A stretch of DNA of 50,944 nucleotides from Alphaproteobacteria bacterium (GCA_027297685.1 JAPUHN010000318.1:1-50944), one strand, 5' to 3'. Counted from the first letter of the stretch, positions 8,694-19,192 are shown. Notes: a model not told the origin generated them from the sequence alone. Made by a program: numbers and translations.

Positions 8694-8825
8694 GGGACAT
8701 TGCAGGAAGCGGGAACTAAAAAGAACATAACAAGAACATTTGCTATGGTCAATGGCGATCGCGAATTGCTGTTGCAAACTATTGAAAGTGAACCCTGGAG
8801 TTCCGCTTGGAACTGAAAGCGGTTC

Positions 8826-8845
8826 AAAAGCGGCATGGGGCCGCT
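8826..8845 (-). terminator. Probable intrinsic terminator of the DUF2794 gene
   Basis: The minus-strand read is AGCGGC-CCCAT-GCCGCT followed by TTTT, 22 nt after the stop at 8867. Confidence 0.5.
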
Positions 8846-8866
8846 AAATATGGCGGTTGTGTATTG

Positions 8867-9208
8867 TTAACCGATCGAAATCAGACGCGGACGCCGTTCG
8901 ATAGCGCCGAGAATGTTGGCGAGGCTGGCATCCTGGCGCAGCCGTACCGGGCCTCGTAACAAGCCGTAGCGACCACCTTTACTGCCATTTTCGGGCAGTT
9001 TTTCGATCGAATAGAGGGGATGCTCGGCGGTATGCCGGAATACCGAAAAAACGGCGCGATCGCGGCCATGATCGATCGCGTAGTCCCGCCATTCGCCCGC
9101 GGCGACCCGGCGGCTGTATTCGTTCAATAAAACGCGTAATTCGCCCCGATCGAACGATACTTGTTTTGTCTGCTTGCTACGAACCTTCAATTTGTGAAGT
9201 GAACTCAT
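8867..9208 (-). CDS. DUF2794 domain protein
   Basis: 113 aa. FDRGELRVLLNEYSRRVAAGEWRDYAIDHGRDRAVFSVFRHTAEHPLYSIEK matches my recollection of the DUF2794 core (GEWRDYAID...AVFSVFRR..E.PLY.IEK). Confidence 0.7.
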   Translation of the reverse strand: MSSLHKLKVRSKQTKQVSFDRGELRVLLNEYSRRVAAGEWRDYAIDHGRDRAVFSVFRHTAEHPLYSIEKLPENGSKGGRYGLLRGPVRLRQDASLANILGAIERRPRLISIG

Positions 9209-9316
9209 TGGCGGCGCACCTGCTGAATCAACTCTCTGGCAATTTGTTTCGGAAAAAGTTTTCCTTATTTTTCCCGGTGAGTCCAGAGCAGTATGCGGCT
9301 CTCGTGTCGGAGGCCG

Positions 9317-9673
9317 TTATTGTGTGCGCCGGCTCGCCGTTTCGTGCGGATTATCTTTAGTGTAACAGGTTACATTGGCGATCGAGCGGTAGCAGACGAG
9401 TTCGGCTGCCGGATCGGGCGCGTCACTTACCGACGGCACACACCAACTGGTGCCGGATAGGGTGTTGCGAATACTGCAATCCATACCGGTGGCAGCCGAC
9501 ATCGCATGGTCGGAAATCGTTTTGCCGGTTTGCACCACCGATACGACGCTGGCGCCGCCGAGCGCGATTGAAACGGGATCGCTGCACGCCGAGAGGAGAC
9601 CAAGCGCCAGTAGTGCACCCAGCGGTCGAAGCGCCCATAGTCCTACTTTGTTTCGGATCGGTAGCTTTGGCAT
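9317..9673 (-). CDS. Hypothetical lipoprotein
   Basis: 118 aa. Signal peptide with lipobox: LLALGLLSAC-SD. Four further Cys residues. No family recognised. Confidence 0.55.
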   Translation of the reverse strand: MPKLPIRNKVGLWALRPLGALLALGLLSACSDPVSIALGGASVVSVVQTGKTISDHAMSAATGMDCSIRNTLSGTSWCVPSVSDAPDPAAELVCYRSIANVTCYTKDNPHETASRRTQ

Positions 9674-9927
9674 ACCTGCCAGTTCCTCTACCTAGGCGTT
9701 AAATGTTAAGGAGGGCAGCATGATCGATGCGCCCTGGCATCACTATTCGCTAATTTCATTAAGATTCCGCTTTGAATGTTAGGCCGAACGACATAATCCA
9801 TTCGAAAGCCGGTTAATTTCTTGATTTGAGGATACAAGCGGCGATATAGCGCTCGAAGCGTCGCAGTGCGGTTGTGGCGCGATACAAGTCGGCAGTGCCG
9901 ACGGCAATAGAACAAAGAGGACAGCAC

Positions 9928-10572
9928 GTGTCGGATGACCTGTTCCGCGAAGTCGACGAAGAAATTCGTCAGGAACAATATCTAAGACTCTGGAAGCAAT
10001 ACGGTGTCTACATCGCTGGCGCCGTTCTCGTGATCATTTTGATTACCGTCGGCGTTGTTGTTTGGCGCGATATGCAACAAAGTGAGCGCGAAGCCAATGG
10101 CGAGAAATTGCTCGCTGCGATCGCTGTCAGCGAAGAGCGGCAGGACGATGCCCTCGACCAACTTGCGGCGCTGGCAGACGAAGGGACAAAGGGTTATCGA
10201 TTGCTCGCGCGCCTGCGTGAGGGCGCATTGCTTTCCCAGAGCGGTGACGCGCGTAGCGCGGTTGCAGTCTACGATTCCGTAGCGGCAGATTCCGCACACG
10301 ACCAGATTTATCGCGACCTGGCAAAGGTGTTGGCGGTTACCCATGGCATGTCGATCATGGACCGTGGCGAAGTTGAGGATCGCCTTGCGTCCGTGTTGGA
10401 CGATGATAACCCATGGCGCTATTCGGCGCGCGAACTTGTGGCGACGGCGATGATGGCTGCTGGCGACACGGCGGCTGCGCGCGAAGCGTTTCAGGTCCTG
10501 GTTGACGATGTGGACGCGCCATCGGGTGTTCGCGGCCGGGCCGCTGAGATGCTCGCTATTTTGGCTCAATAG
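9928..10572 (+). CDS. Membrane-anchored TPR-like protein (YfgM-like), upstream partner of bamB-der
   Basis: One TM helix (YGVYIAGAVLVIILITVGVVVW) followed by a helical repeat region. The position immediately before bamB and der is conserved in proteobacteria. I prefer the GTG at 9928, preceded by AAGAGG at 9915-9920, over the track start at 9874. Confidence 0.6.
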   Translation: MSDDLFREVDEEIRQEQYLRLWKQYGVYIAGAVLVIILITVGVVVWRDMQQSEREANGEKLLAAIAVSEERQDDALDQLAALADEGTKGYRLLARLREGALLSQSGDARSAVAVYDSVAADSAHDQIYRDLAKVLAVTHGMSIMDRGEVEDRLASVLDDDNPWRYSARELVATAMMAAGDTAAAREAFQVLVDDVDAPSGVRGRAAEMLAILAQ

Positions 10573-10601
10573 AGCAACGATGTGACGGTGGTGTAGCAGT
10601 T

Positions 10602-11936
10602 ATGAACTGGCGTAATTTGCGGGCGTGGATGTTCGCGGCGGCAGCGGTCGCGCTGACCGGGTGCAGCGAAATCGACGACCTGCTGGGCAATAAGGGCGGT
10701 CCAAAGCTGCTAGGCGCTCGGATTTCTGTCTTGCTGGCCGACGATGCCGCACGGGCCGATCCGGGAATATCCGATCTCGCGGTAATATTGCCGCGGCCGA
10801 TCGCCAATAATTCGTGGCCGCAGCAGGGCGGCTTCGCCAACCATTCCATGCAACACTTGTCGCTCGGTGATTTACCGAGCCCGGTCTGGTCCGCTGACGC
10901 AGGGTCCGGTTCAGACGATGATGCCCCGATTCTGTCGGGACCGGTTACCAACGATGGTCTTGTGTACACGATGGATGCGGACGCCGTCGTCACTGCGCAC
11001 AGCGCGGTCGATGGCAGGTTGGTCTGGCGCGCCGATATCGAGCCGCCGGAAGAAGATGACGGCAACTGGGGTGGTGGGTTGGCCGTCGACGAGGGCTTAG
11101 TGTTTGCCGCAACGGGATTTGCGCAAGTGGTAGCGCTGGCGGCTGACAGCGGCCAGGAAGTGTGGCGGACCAATGTATCAGGCCCTATGAGGGCGGCCCC
11201 GACGGCATTCAACGGCCGGGTTTTTGCGGTCACAAAGGATAATCAGCTGTTCGCGCTCAACGCCAAGGACGGCGAGACATTGTGGTCCCATACCGGCTTT
11301 GAGGAAACCGCGGGGTTGATCGGCAGCGCTAGCCCGGCGGTGGATGGCGGCATCGTCGTGGTACCCTATTCGTCGGGCGAAATCTTTGCGTTGCGCGTCG
11401 AAAATGGGCGCCAGTTGTGGGGTGAGAACCTGGCGGCGATCAGACGCGCCGACGCGGTTTCGGCGCTCGCCGACATTCGCGGCCGGCCGGTAATCGACCG
11501 TGACCGGGTTTACGCGATCAGCCATTCCGGCCGCATGGTAGCGATTGATTTGCCAACCGGGCGGCGCATTTGGGAGGCGTCATTGGGCGGCGTTAACCAG
11601 CCATGGGTGGCCGGCGATTTTATATTTGTTTTAACGACCGACGCGTTGGTTGCCGCGCTAACGACGCGCGATGGCCGGATTCGCTGGTTGACGCCCATCG
11701 GCTTGTTCGAAGATCCCGAGGATCGCCAGGGACGGATTAACTGGTCGGGCCCCGTTCTGGCGGGTGATCGGCTGATTGTGTCGGGAAGCCATGGCATCGC
11801 GTTGTCGCTGTCACCCTATACCGGCGACATTATTGGCGAGCTGGAGATGCCCGATGCGGTTTCCCTGTCGCCGGCCATAGCAAATGAAACGCTGTACTTC
11901 TTGACCGACGAGGCGCGCCTGATCGCTTACCGCTGA
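10602..11936 (+). CDS. bamB: Outer membrane protein assembly factor BamB (PQQ-like beta-propeller lipoprotein)
   Basis: Lipobox AVALTGC-SE, repeated propeller blades (G.V.A.d...G...W), and a location directly upstream of der. Confidence 0.8.
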   Translation: MNWRNLRAWMFAAAAVALTGCSEIDDLLGNKGGPKLLGARISVLLADDAARADPGISDLAVILPRPIANNSWPQQGGFANHSMQHLSLGDLPSPVWSADAGSGSDDDAPILSGPVTNDGLVYTMDADAVVTAHSAVDGRLVWRADIEPPEEDDGNWGGGLAVDEGLVFAATGFAQVVALAADSGQEVWRTNVSGPMRAAPTAFNGRVFAVTKDNQLFALNAKDGETLWSHTGFEETAGLIGSASPAVDGGIVVVPYSSGEIFALRVENGRQLWGENLAAIRRADAVSALADIRGRPVIDRDRVYAISHSGRMVAIDLPTGRRIWEASLGGVNQPWVAGDFIFVLTTDALVAALTTRDGRIRWLTPIGLFEDPEDRQGRINWSGPVLAGDRLIVSGSHGIALSLSPYTGDIIGELEMPDAVSLSPAIANETLYFLTDEARLIAYR

Positions 11937-11955
11937 CGCGGTGCCGGAAAGTCTT

Positions 11956-13311
11956 ATGCAACCCACTATTGTCATCGCCGGGCGGCCGAATGTTGGCAAG
12001 TCCACTCTGTTCAATCGCCTGGTCGGCCGGCGCGAGGCAATCGTCAACGACCAGCCCGGTGTTACCCGCGACCGCCGCGAGGGCGACGCCAGCCTGGGCG
12101 ACTTGCGGTTTCGTGCGATTGACACTGCGGGGCTGGAGGACGCGTTCGACGACAGCTTACCGGCCCGCATGCGGCGACAAACCGAAATTGCCATCAGCGA
12201 TGCAGATCTGGTGCTTTTGGTCATCGATGCGCGTGCCGGGGTAACGCCGGTCGACGAACATTTTGCAAGCTGGTTGCGCACCCTTTCCGTGCCCGTCGTC
12301 CTGTTGGCAAACAAATGTGAAGGCCGTGCCGCCCAACCTGGTACCTACGAGGCCTACAGTCTGGGTCTCGGCGATCCGGTTCCGGTGTCGGCCGAACATG
12401 GCGGTGGCATGAACCTACTATACGAGGCGATCGCGGCGGTGCTGGGTGGCGGTGAGCGGTCGGCCGAAGAAGAAACCGACGCGGAAAAAGACCAGGGGCC
12501 ACTTCGATTGGCGATCGTCGGGCGCCCCAATGTTGGCAAATCCACACTGGTCAACGCACTGATTGGCGACGAGCGTTTGCTGACCGGACCCGAGGCCGGC
12601 GTCACCCGCGACGCGATTACCGTTGAGTGGGAGTATCACGGCCACCGCATCGCCCTGGTGGATACTGCCGGCCTTCGGCGCAAGGCCCGCATCAATCAGA
12701 AGCTCGAACAGCTCTCAGTCGGCGACGCCCTGCGCGCGATCCAATACGCCGAAGTCGTCGCCCTCGTTCTCGATGGCGACCAAATGCTCGAACGCCAGGA
12801 TCTGACCATCGCCCGGCATGTCGTTGAAGAGGGACGCGCCCTGGTGCTGGTCATAAACAAATGGGATATCGTCTCCAATAAGCCCGCCGCCATGTCGGCG
12901 CTACGCGACCGCTTGGAGACATCGCTGGCTCAGGTTGCCGGCGTGTCGACGATTACGGTGTCGGCCCTGACGGGAAAGAACCTCGACAAGCTGATGCCGG
13001 CTGTGCTCGACGCCTATGAAGTCTGGAACCGGCGGGTGCCTACGGCCGCATTGAACAACTGGCTGAACGACGTCACCGAACGTCATCCGCCACCGCTCGC
13101 GGCAAACAAGAGGCGCATCCGATTGCGCTATGTGACCCAACCCAAGGCGCGCCCGCCGACCTTCGCCATTTTCGGCAATCGCCCGGAAGACCTGCCGGAT
13201 AGCTATCGGCGCTATCTCGAGAACTCGTTGCGCGAGCGCTTCGATCTCGCCGGTACGCCAATCCGCATCAATTTGCGCAAGGGCAAAAACCCCTATACCA
13301 AGTCTCGTTAA
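11956..13311 (+). CDS. der: Ribosome-biogenesis GTPase Der (EngA)
   Basis: Two G domains, [14 protein letters not shown] and [14 protein letters not shown], plus a KH-like C-terminus. ATG at 11956 (MQPTIVIAG); the track begins at a GTG at 11941. Confidence 0.9.
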   Translation: MQPTIVIAGRPNVGKSTLFNRLVGRREAIVNDQPGVTRDRREGDASLGDLRFRAIDTAGLEDAFDDSLPARMRRQTEIAISDADLVLLVIDARAGVTPVDEHFASWLRTLSVPVVLLANKCEGRAAQPGTYEAYSLGLGDPVPVSAEHGGGMNLLYEAIAAVLGGGERSAEEETDAEKDQGPLRLAIVGRPNVGKSTLVNALIGDERLLTGPEAGVTRDAITVEWEYHGHRIALVDTAGLRRKARINQKLEQLSVGDALRAIQYAEVVALVLDGDQMLERQDLTIARHVVEEGRALVLVINKWDIVSNKPAAMSALRDRLETSLAQVAGVSTITVSALTGKNLDKLMPAVLDAYEVWNRRVPTAALNNWLNDVTERHPPPLAANKRRIRLRYVTQPKARPPTFAIFGNRPEDLPDSYRRYLENSLRERFDLAGTPIRINLRKGKNPYTKSR

Positions 13312-13349
13312 TACGGCCCCATTTCACCGCCATGAAATTGGTCCGTATT
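13310..13349. terminator. Imperfect hairpin between convergent der and the SDR gene (possible bidirectional terminator)
   Basis: AATACGGCCCCATTTCA / TGAAATTGGTCCGTATT gives about 16 bp with small bulges. There is no clear U-tract on either side. Confidence 0.3.
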
Positions 13350-13378
13350 AGCGAGATTTGGTATTACATCAAATAACG

Positions 13379-14092
13379 TTACGACAGTTCCACCAACTCG
13401 CCGTGGCGCGTGCAGTCCGGGCTGGCCAGCTCGAGGAACGTGTCGGTTAGCGCATCGGGCGTCTTCAGGGTTTGAGGGTCTTCGCCGGGAAATGCCGCGC
13501 TGCGCATCTGCGTACGGGTCGCGCCCGGACTCAGCAAGTTGACCCGCACCGATGTGTTGGCCAATTCCGCCGCCCAAACTTGCGCCATCGTCTCGAGCGC
13601 CGATTTGGTTATCGCATAGGCGCCCCAATAGGCCTTGGGTCGCCTTGCGACGGCGCTGGTCACCAAGATCGCGCGGCCGGCGTCGGAGCGGCGTAACAGT
13701 GGCTCGACGACGCGCATCAGCCGCCAGTTGGCGTGCACATTGACGTCGAATACGTCGTGCCAGGCCTTGGCGTCGTATTGCGCCAACGGTGTCATGGTGC
13801 CGAGAACCGCCGCATTTCCAACGAATATATCGAGGCGGCCGAAGCGCTCCAGTAACGGCGGCCCGAGATTGTCGAGCCGCTCGAACTCTGTGAGATCGCA
13901 CGGCACCAGAGTGGCAGAGCCGCCGAGTGCTTTTATGTGGTCGTCGACTTCTTCAAGGCCGCCGACAGTGCGTGCGACCAGCACGACATGCGCTCCCTCG
14001 GCGGCAAACCGTTTGGCGACCGCGGCGCCGATGCCGCGCGAAGCGCCCGTGATCAACGCCACGCGGTCTTGCAAGCGGCCGGTATCTGACAT
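13379..14092 (-). CDS. SDR family oxidoreductase
   Basis: ALITGASRGIGAAVA (TGxxxGxG) and YAITKSALE (YxxxK). Confidence 0.8.
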   Translation of the reverse strand: MSDTGRLQDRVALITGASRGIGAAVAKRFAAEGAHVVLVARTVGGLEEVDDHIKALGGSATLVPCDLTEFERLDNLGPPLLERFGRLDIFVGNAAVLGTMTPLAQYDAKAWHDVFDVNVHANWRLMRVVEPLLRRSDAGRAILVTSAVARRPKAYWGAYAITKSALETMAQVWAAELANTSVRVNLLSPGATRTQMRSAAFPGEDPQTLKTPDALTDTFLELASPDCTRHGELVELS

Positions 14093-14109
14093 CGATAGTG
14101 CGAAGTCGC

Positions 14110-15582
14110 CTAGGCGAGCCCGGCGAGCAACGACATTTGCGCCGTTGCCCCACCTTCGTCGAAGTCGGTTAACGAGATCGGGTAGTCGCCGGTGAAACAG
14201 GCGTCACAGAATTGCGGTTCATCGTTGTTTCGCCCGGCCTCGCCCATGGCCCGGTAGAGGCCGTCGATACTCACATAGGCCAGGGAATCCGCATTGATCT
14301 GTTGGCGAATGCCTTCGACATCTAAATTGGCGGCCAGAAGTTGACCGCGTTCGGGCGTATCGATGCCGTAAAAACACGAATGCATGGTCGGCGGGCTGGA
14401 AATCCGCATATGCACTTCTCGGGCGCCCGCCTGGCGCACCATCTCGACGATTTTCCGCGACGTGGTGCCGCGCACGATGCTGTCGTCGACGAGAATAACC
14501 CGCTTGCCTTCGAGTTGTTGGCGGTTGGCGTTGTGTTTGAGTTTTACGCCAAGGTGGCGAATCTCGTCGATCGGTTCGATGAACGTGCGGCCGACGTAGT
14601 GGTTGCGGATTAGGCCGAGTTCGAACGGTAGGTGTGATTCCTGTGCGAACCCGATCGCCGCCGGAACGCCGCTGTCGGGAACCGGAATGACAAAGTCGGC
14701 ATCGACCAGGCTTTCCCGGGCCAACTCAGCGCCAATTGCCTTGCGTGTTTCGTAAACGTTGCGGCCCTCGACGCTGGAGTCGGGGCGGGCGAAATAGATG
14801 TACTCGAAAATGCAGAAACGTTTGCGAGTCGCTGGAAACGGCGTGTGCGAGTGCAAACCTTCCTCGTCGACGACGATGATTTCACCTGGCTCGACATCGC
14901 GCACGAATTCGGCGCCTATTATGTCCAGCGCGCAGGTTTCCGAGGTAATAATCGAGGCGTCGCCGAGCGAGCCCAAAATCAACGGCCGGAACCCCTTCGG
15001 GTCGCGGGCGCCGATCAGTTTGCGCCGGGATAGCGCCACCAGCGAAAAGGCGCCCTCGACCTCGCGTAGCGTTTCGACGACGCGGTCGAGTAAACGGGCG
15101 CCCGAACTCGTCGCGATCAGATGCTGAAAGACTTCGGTGTCCGAGGTCGACTGGAACAACGAACCGCGGTTGACCAAGTCGTGACGCAGCGAGGCGGCGT
15201 TGGTCAAATTGCCATTGTGGGCGAGGGCCAGGCCGCCGAAACTGTAATCCGCATACAGCGGTTGCACATTGCGCAAAGCGGTCTCGCCGGTCGTCGAATA
15301 GCGAACATGTCCGATCGCCGAATCTCCCGGCAATGTGTCGATGATCTCCTGCTCACCGAAGATATCTCCCACCAGCCCGAGGGCGCGGTGGGGATAGAAC
15401 CGGCTGCCGTCGTAGGAAACGATGCCGGCGGCCTCTTGGCCGCGGTGCTGCAGGGCGTGGAGGCCAAGCGCCGTCAGGGCGGCGGAATCATCGGACCCGT
15501 AGATCCCAAAAACCCCGCATTCTTCGCGAAACTTATCGTCGTCCGGGGCGCTAAAGGGATGGGTCGTCGAGCGTGGATTCAC
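14110..15582 (-). CDS. purF: Amidophosphoribosyltransferase
   Basis: The N-terminal nucleophile context ECGVFGIYG, LQHRGQEAAGI, and the PRTase motif ILVDDSIVRGTTS. Confidence 0.92.
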   Translation of the reverse strand: MNPRSTTHPFSAPDDDKFREECGVFGIYGSDDSAALTALGLHALQHRGQEAAGIVSYDGSRFYPHRALGLVGDIFGEQEIIDTLPGDSAIGHVRYSTTGETALRNVQPLYADYSFGGLALAHNGNLTNAASLRHDLVNRGSLFQSTSDTEVFQHLIATSSGARLLDRVVETLREVEGAFSLVALSRRKLIGARDPKGFRPLILGSLGDASIITSETCALDIIGAEFVRDVEPGEIIVVDEEGLHSHTPFPATRKRFCIFEYIYFARPDSSVEGRNVYETRKAIGAELARESLVDADFVIPVPDSGVPAAIGFAQESHLPFELGLIRNHYVGRTFIEPIDEIRHLGVKLKHNANRQQLEGKRVILVDDSIVRGTTSRKIVEMVRQAGAREVHMRISSPPTMHSCFYGIDTPERGQLLAANLDVEGIRQQINADSLAYVSIDGLYRAMGEAGRNNDEPQFCDACFTGDYPISLTDFDEGGATAQMSLLAGLA

Positions 15583-16244
15583 TGATTATTCTGGATCAAG
15601 CGATCCAGCTCCTGCCGTTCGCGCTCGTTATACCCCGGACGTGCGGCTGGTACAGTTGTTTTCGGTGGTCGCGATAAGCGCTCGAGCGCCTGTCTGGCGG
15701 AATCTAGCTGTACCGCACGGTCGCGGAGTTGCTCGAGATGTTCGCCTGTCTTACCGACGATGGTCTCGGGCAGCACGTCGCGCACCAAAAGAGCAGCCGA
15801 TTCCACCACCGGACGGGTGCGCGCCGTCTCCAGCCATTCCGGTGGGTCCTCGGCCCAGATATCGCTCAAGAATAGATAGCCGATGGCAATCGCGACGGCT
15901 GCGGTGCCGAGGCCGGCGAGCAGACCGAACGAACGGTCGAGAGCGTTCAGCCGGCTCGATCGAACCCATCTGCTGAACAACTGGCTCAACAAATGCAACA
16001 CGATTAGTGCGACCACGAACAAAGCCGCGCCGCCTGCTAGGTCGGCCAGCCAAGTTGGTTCGATGTATTGGCGCGCGTAGGGACTGGCGGTGGAAAACCC
16101 GAACACCGTAACGGCGCCGGCGCCGGCCCACGACAACACGAACAGCCCGCCGCGCACGAAACCGGTTACCAGCCCGGTCAGAGCACCCAGTATCAACACG
16201 CCGATAACGGCCAGATCGAACGGAGATATGCTTAATGCGTCCAT
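15579..16244 (-). CDS. cvpA: CvpA family membrane protein
   Basis: 221 aa with four hydrophobic helices. Sits in the conserved radA-cvpA-purF position and overlaps the purF start by 4 nt. Confidence 0.75.
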   Translation of the reverse strand: MDALSISPFDLAVIGVLILGALTGLVTGFVRGGLFVLSWAGAGAVTVFGFSTASPYARQYIEPTWLADLAGGAALFVVALIVLHLLSQLFSRWVRSSRLNALDRSFGLLAGLGTAAVAIAIGYLFLSDIWAEDPPEWLETARTRPVVESAALLVRDVLPETIVGKTGEHLEQLRDRAVQLDSARQALERLSRPPKTTVPAARPGYNERERQELDRLIQNNQ

Positions 16245-16245
16245 G

Positions 16246-17649
16246 TCACAGCGCTGCCGATTGATCGCCCGTCAGAGCGCCATCGAAAATCGCGAATAGG
16301 TCTTGCAAACTTGCCATACTATGTGTCGCGATTGCCGCGTCCGAAGCGCGTTCGTCGGGCCGGCGCGGCGCCGAACGGGGGATGATGGCCGTGGTGAAGC
16401 CAAGTTTCATCGCCTCTTTCAGCCTTGCATCCGATTGACCGACGGCGCGAACTTCACCGCCGAGACCGATTTCGCCGAAAACCACCGTACGGGAGGGCAG
16501 TAACTGCCCCAAATGCGCCGAAATAAGGGCAGCGGCAACCGCCAGATCCGCGGCAGGCTCGGATATACGTAGTCCGCCGGCGACGTTCAAGTAGACGTCG
16601 GCAGCGCCCAGATTGAGGCCGCAGCGGGTCTGCAACACCGCCAGGACCATCGCCAGGCGCGCACTGTCCCAGCCGACGACGGCGCGCCGCGCGGTGCCCA
16701 AAGCGGTTGGCGACACCAGCGCCTGGATTTCGACCAGCACCGGACGCGTTCCCTCGATGCCGGCGAACACAACGGTGCCGTTGACGTTGTCGCGGTGGCC
16801 GGCGAGGAACAATTCCGAGGGATTGGCGACTTCGATCAATCCAGTACCGGTCATCTCGAAAACGCCAATTTCGTCGGTCGGCCCGTAGCGGTTTTTAACC
16901 GCCCGTAGCAGGCGAAATTGGTGTCCGCGCTCGCTTTCGAAATAAAGCACCGTGTCGACCATATGTTCGAGCACGCGCGGGCCGGCGATGGTGCCTTCCT
17001 TGGTGACATGGCCGACCAGGATGAGGGTAAGCTGGCGCCGCTTCGCGAATCGAATTAACTCCTGCGCCGAGCTGCGCACTTGCGCCACCGTACCCGGCGC
17101 GGAATCGAGGGTATCGACGTACATGGTTTGGATCGAATCGATGACCACCACTTTCGGCGCGTCCGGCAAGTCCAAGGTCGCCAGGATGTCGCGCACATTG
17201 GTCGCGGTTGCCAGGCCGACCGGGGCAGCCGCCAGACCGAGGCGGGCCGCTCGCAGTCGAATCTGAGCGACCGCCTCCTCACCGGAAATGTAGGCCACTG
17301 GCGTTCCGGTACTGGCGAGCCCCGCCATCGCTTGCAGCAACAGGGTCGATTTGCCGATGCCCGGATCACCGCCGACCAGCAACGCGGATCCGGCGACCAT
17401 GCCGCCGCCGCAGACCCGGTCGAACTCGCCGATGCCGGTGGTTGTGCGGGGCTGCTGATCTTCCATGCCCTCCAGCGGTACGAAAGACACCGCCCGCCCG
17501 CCGGCGCCCGATATGCCTTTCGGCGCCGCTTCGGCTGCTGCCTCTTCGGTGACGCTGTTCCAGGCGCCGCAGTTGTCGCATCTGCCGGTCCATTTGCGGT
17601 GGCTGGCGCCGCATTGCTGACAAACGTAGTGGCTTGTCGGGCGGGCCAC
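16246..17649 (-). CDS. radA: DNA repair protein RadA
   Basis: Zn finger YVCQQCGASHRKWTGRCDNCGAWNS, Walker A GDPGIGKSTLLLQ, KNRYGPTDE, and a Lon-like C-terminus. The start is probably the GTG at 17649 or the TTG at 17655; the track start at 17757 would overlap mlaF. Confidence 0.88.
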   Translation of the reverse strand: MARPTSHYVCQQCGASHRKWTGRCDNCGAWNSVTEEAAAEAAPKGISGAGGRAVSFVPLEGMEDQQPRTTTGIGEFDRVCGGGMVAGSALLVGGDPGIGKSTLLLQAMAGLASTGTPVAYISGEEAVAQIRLRAARLGLAAAPVGLATATNVRDILATLDLPDAPKVVVIDSIQTMYVDTLDSAPGTVAQVRSSAQELIRFAKRRQLTLILVGHVTKEGTIAGPRVLEHMVDTVLYFESERGHQFRLLRAVKNRYGPTDEIGVFEMTGTGLIEVANPSELFLAGHRDNVNGTVVFAGIEGTRPVLVEIQALVSPTALGTARRAVVGWDSARLAMVLAVLQTRCGLNLGAADVYLNVAGGLRISEPAADLAVAAALISAHLGQLLPSRTVVFGEIGLGGEVRAVGQSDARLKEAMKLGFTTAIIPRSAPRRPDERASDAAIATHSMASLQDLFAIFDGALTGDQSAAL

Positions 17650-17651
17650 GA

Positions 17652-18425
17652 TCAACCTGCGACCGACATGTTGATCGGACCCTGGGAGCGGCCATGGATA
17701 AACTGGTCGACCACGTCGTTGCCGGAATCGTCGATCGCGTCGACCGGGCCGTACCAAACGATTTTGCCGTCGTAGATCATCGCAATATTATCGGCAATTC
17801 GCCGCGCGCTGGCCATGTCGTGGGTGATCGAGAGCGCCGTGGCGCCCAGCTCGCGGACGATTTTGATGATGAGGTTATCGATAACGCTGCCCATGATCGG
17901 GTCGAGGCCGGTCGTCGGCTCGTCGAAAAACATGATTTCGGGCTCGGTGGCGATAGCGCGGGCCAATCCGACGCGTTTTTGCATGCCGCCGGACAGTTCT
18001 GCCGGATAACGCTCGGCGATGTCGGGTTCGAGGCCTACCTGCACCATCGCCTCGACCGCCTTGTCGCGCGCATCGCGGCGCGCCAGACGCTGCACCTGGA
18101 TAAGACCGAAGGCGACGTTCTCCCAAACCGGCAAGCTGTCGAACAGGGCGGCGCCTTGAAACAGCATGCCGAATTTACGGGTGACCTGTTCGCGCTCGCT
18201 GCCTGTCAATGACGTGACGTCCTGGCCGTCGATAAAAACCGACCCGGAATCCGGATGCATCAAACCGATTATGTTTTTGATCAACACTGACTTACCGGTG
18301 CCCGAACCACCGATGACGGCGATCGATTCACCGGGCTGGATGGACAGGTTGACCCCGCGCAACACTTGCTTGCCATCGAATGCCTTGTGCAAGTCGCGGG
18401 TCTCTATTTTGGCCGGTGGCGTCAT
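17652..18425 (-). CDS. mlaF: ABC transporter ATP-binding protein, MlaF-like
   Basis: GGSGTGKSVLIK, LSGGMQKRVGLARA and IMFFDEPTTGLD. The ATG at 18425 overlaps the mlaE stop (ATGA). Confidence 0.8.
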   Translation of the reverse strand: MTPPAKIETRDLHKAFDGKQVLRGVNLSIQPGESIAVIGGSGTGKSVLIKNIIGLMHPDSGSVFIDGQDVTSLTGSEREQVTRKFGMLFQGAALFDSLPVWENVAFGLIQVQRLARRDARDKAVEAMVQVGLEPDIAERYPAELSGGMQKRVGLARAIATEPEIMFFDEPTTGLDPIMGSVIDNLIIKIVRELGATALSITHDMASARRIADNIAMIYDGKIVWYGPVDAIDDSGNDVVDQFIHGRSQGPINMSVAG

Positions 18426-19192
18426 GTCGCGAAAAACATCGCGGTAATAATAAAATTGAACAACAGCAATAGGATCGAGGCCGATACCACGGCATTGGTG
18501 GTGGCCTGGCCGACGCCCTGGGCGCCGCCTTTCGAGTTGTAGCCGTGATAGGTGCCCATCAGCGCAATGATAAATCCAAACACCGCCGCTTTTACGATGC
18601 CCGAGAAAAAACCAATGAATTCGAGATGGTCCCAAGTGCTTCGGAGATAGGTCAGGGGATTAAAGCCAAAATCGTAGATCGAGACGATGAAGCCGCCCAT
18701 CACGCCGATGATGTCGGCGACCAGGACGAGTAGCGGCAACATCGCGACGGCGGCGATCAAACGCGGTGCCACCAGGTATTTGTAGGGATTGGTCGACAAG
18801 GTTGTCAGGGCGTCGATTTGTTCGGTCACCCGCATGGTGCCGATCTCTGCGGCCATGGCGGCGCCGATGCGTCCCGCCACCATCAGGCCTGCCAGCACCG
18901 GGCCCAATTCGCGGGTAATACCCCAAACGACCACATTGGCGATCGTGCTCTCGCCGGCAAAGCCGAACCCGCTAAAGCTTTGCAAGGCCAGGACCATGCC
19001 GGTGAATATCGCCGTCAGGCCGACCACCGGCAGGGAATAAAACCCGATTTCGATCATCTGTTGGACGATGAGTCTGGGGAAAAAGGGCGGGCTGAAACAG
19101 TGGAATACGCCGTTGCCGGTAAATATCCCGATGCGGCCGGTCACCGTGAACAGGGTGATGAGCGACCGGCCAATTGATCGAAGTAACCCCAT
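18422..19192 (-). CDS. mlaE: ABC transporter permease, MlaE-like
   Basis: 256 aa. FFPRLIVQQMIEIGFYSLPVVGLTAIFTGMVLALQS is typical of the MlaE/YrbE family. Confidence 0.8.
   Translation of the reverse strand: MGLLRSIGRSLITLFTVTGRIGIFTGNGVFHCFSPPFFPRLIVQQMIEIGFYSLPVVGLTAIFTGMVLALQSFSGFGFAGESTIANVVVWGITRELGPVLAGLMVAGRIGAAMAAEIGTMRVTEQIDALTTLSTNPYKYLVAPRLIAAVAMLPLLVLVADIIGVMGGFIVSIYDFGFNPLTYLRSTWDHLEFIGFFSGIVKAAVFGFIIALMGTYHGYNSKGGAQGVGQATTNAVVSASILLLLFNFIITAMFFAT

Noticed and set aside
8306-8836. Track ORFs 8306-8605(-), 8386-8598(-), 8571-8816(+) and 8636-8836(-).
   Set aside because: They overlap the better-supported Cys-rich ORF in other frames or strands, or run into the 86% AT block and give implausible peptides (KLNFYLIFVFLYLIILSF).
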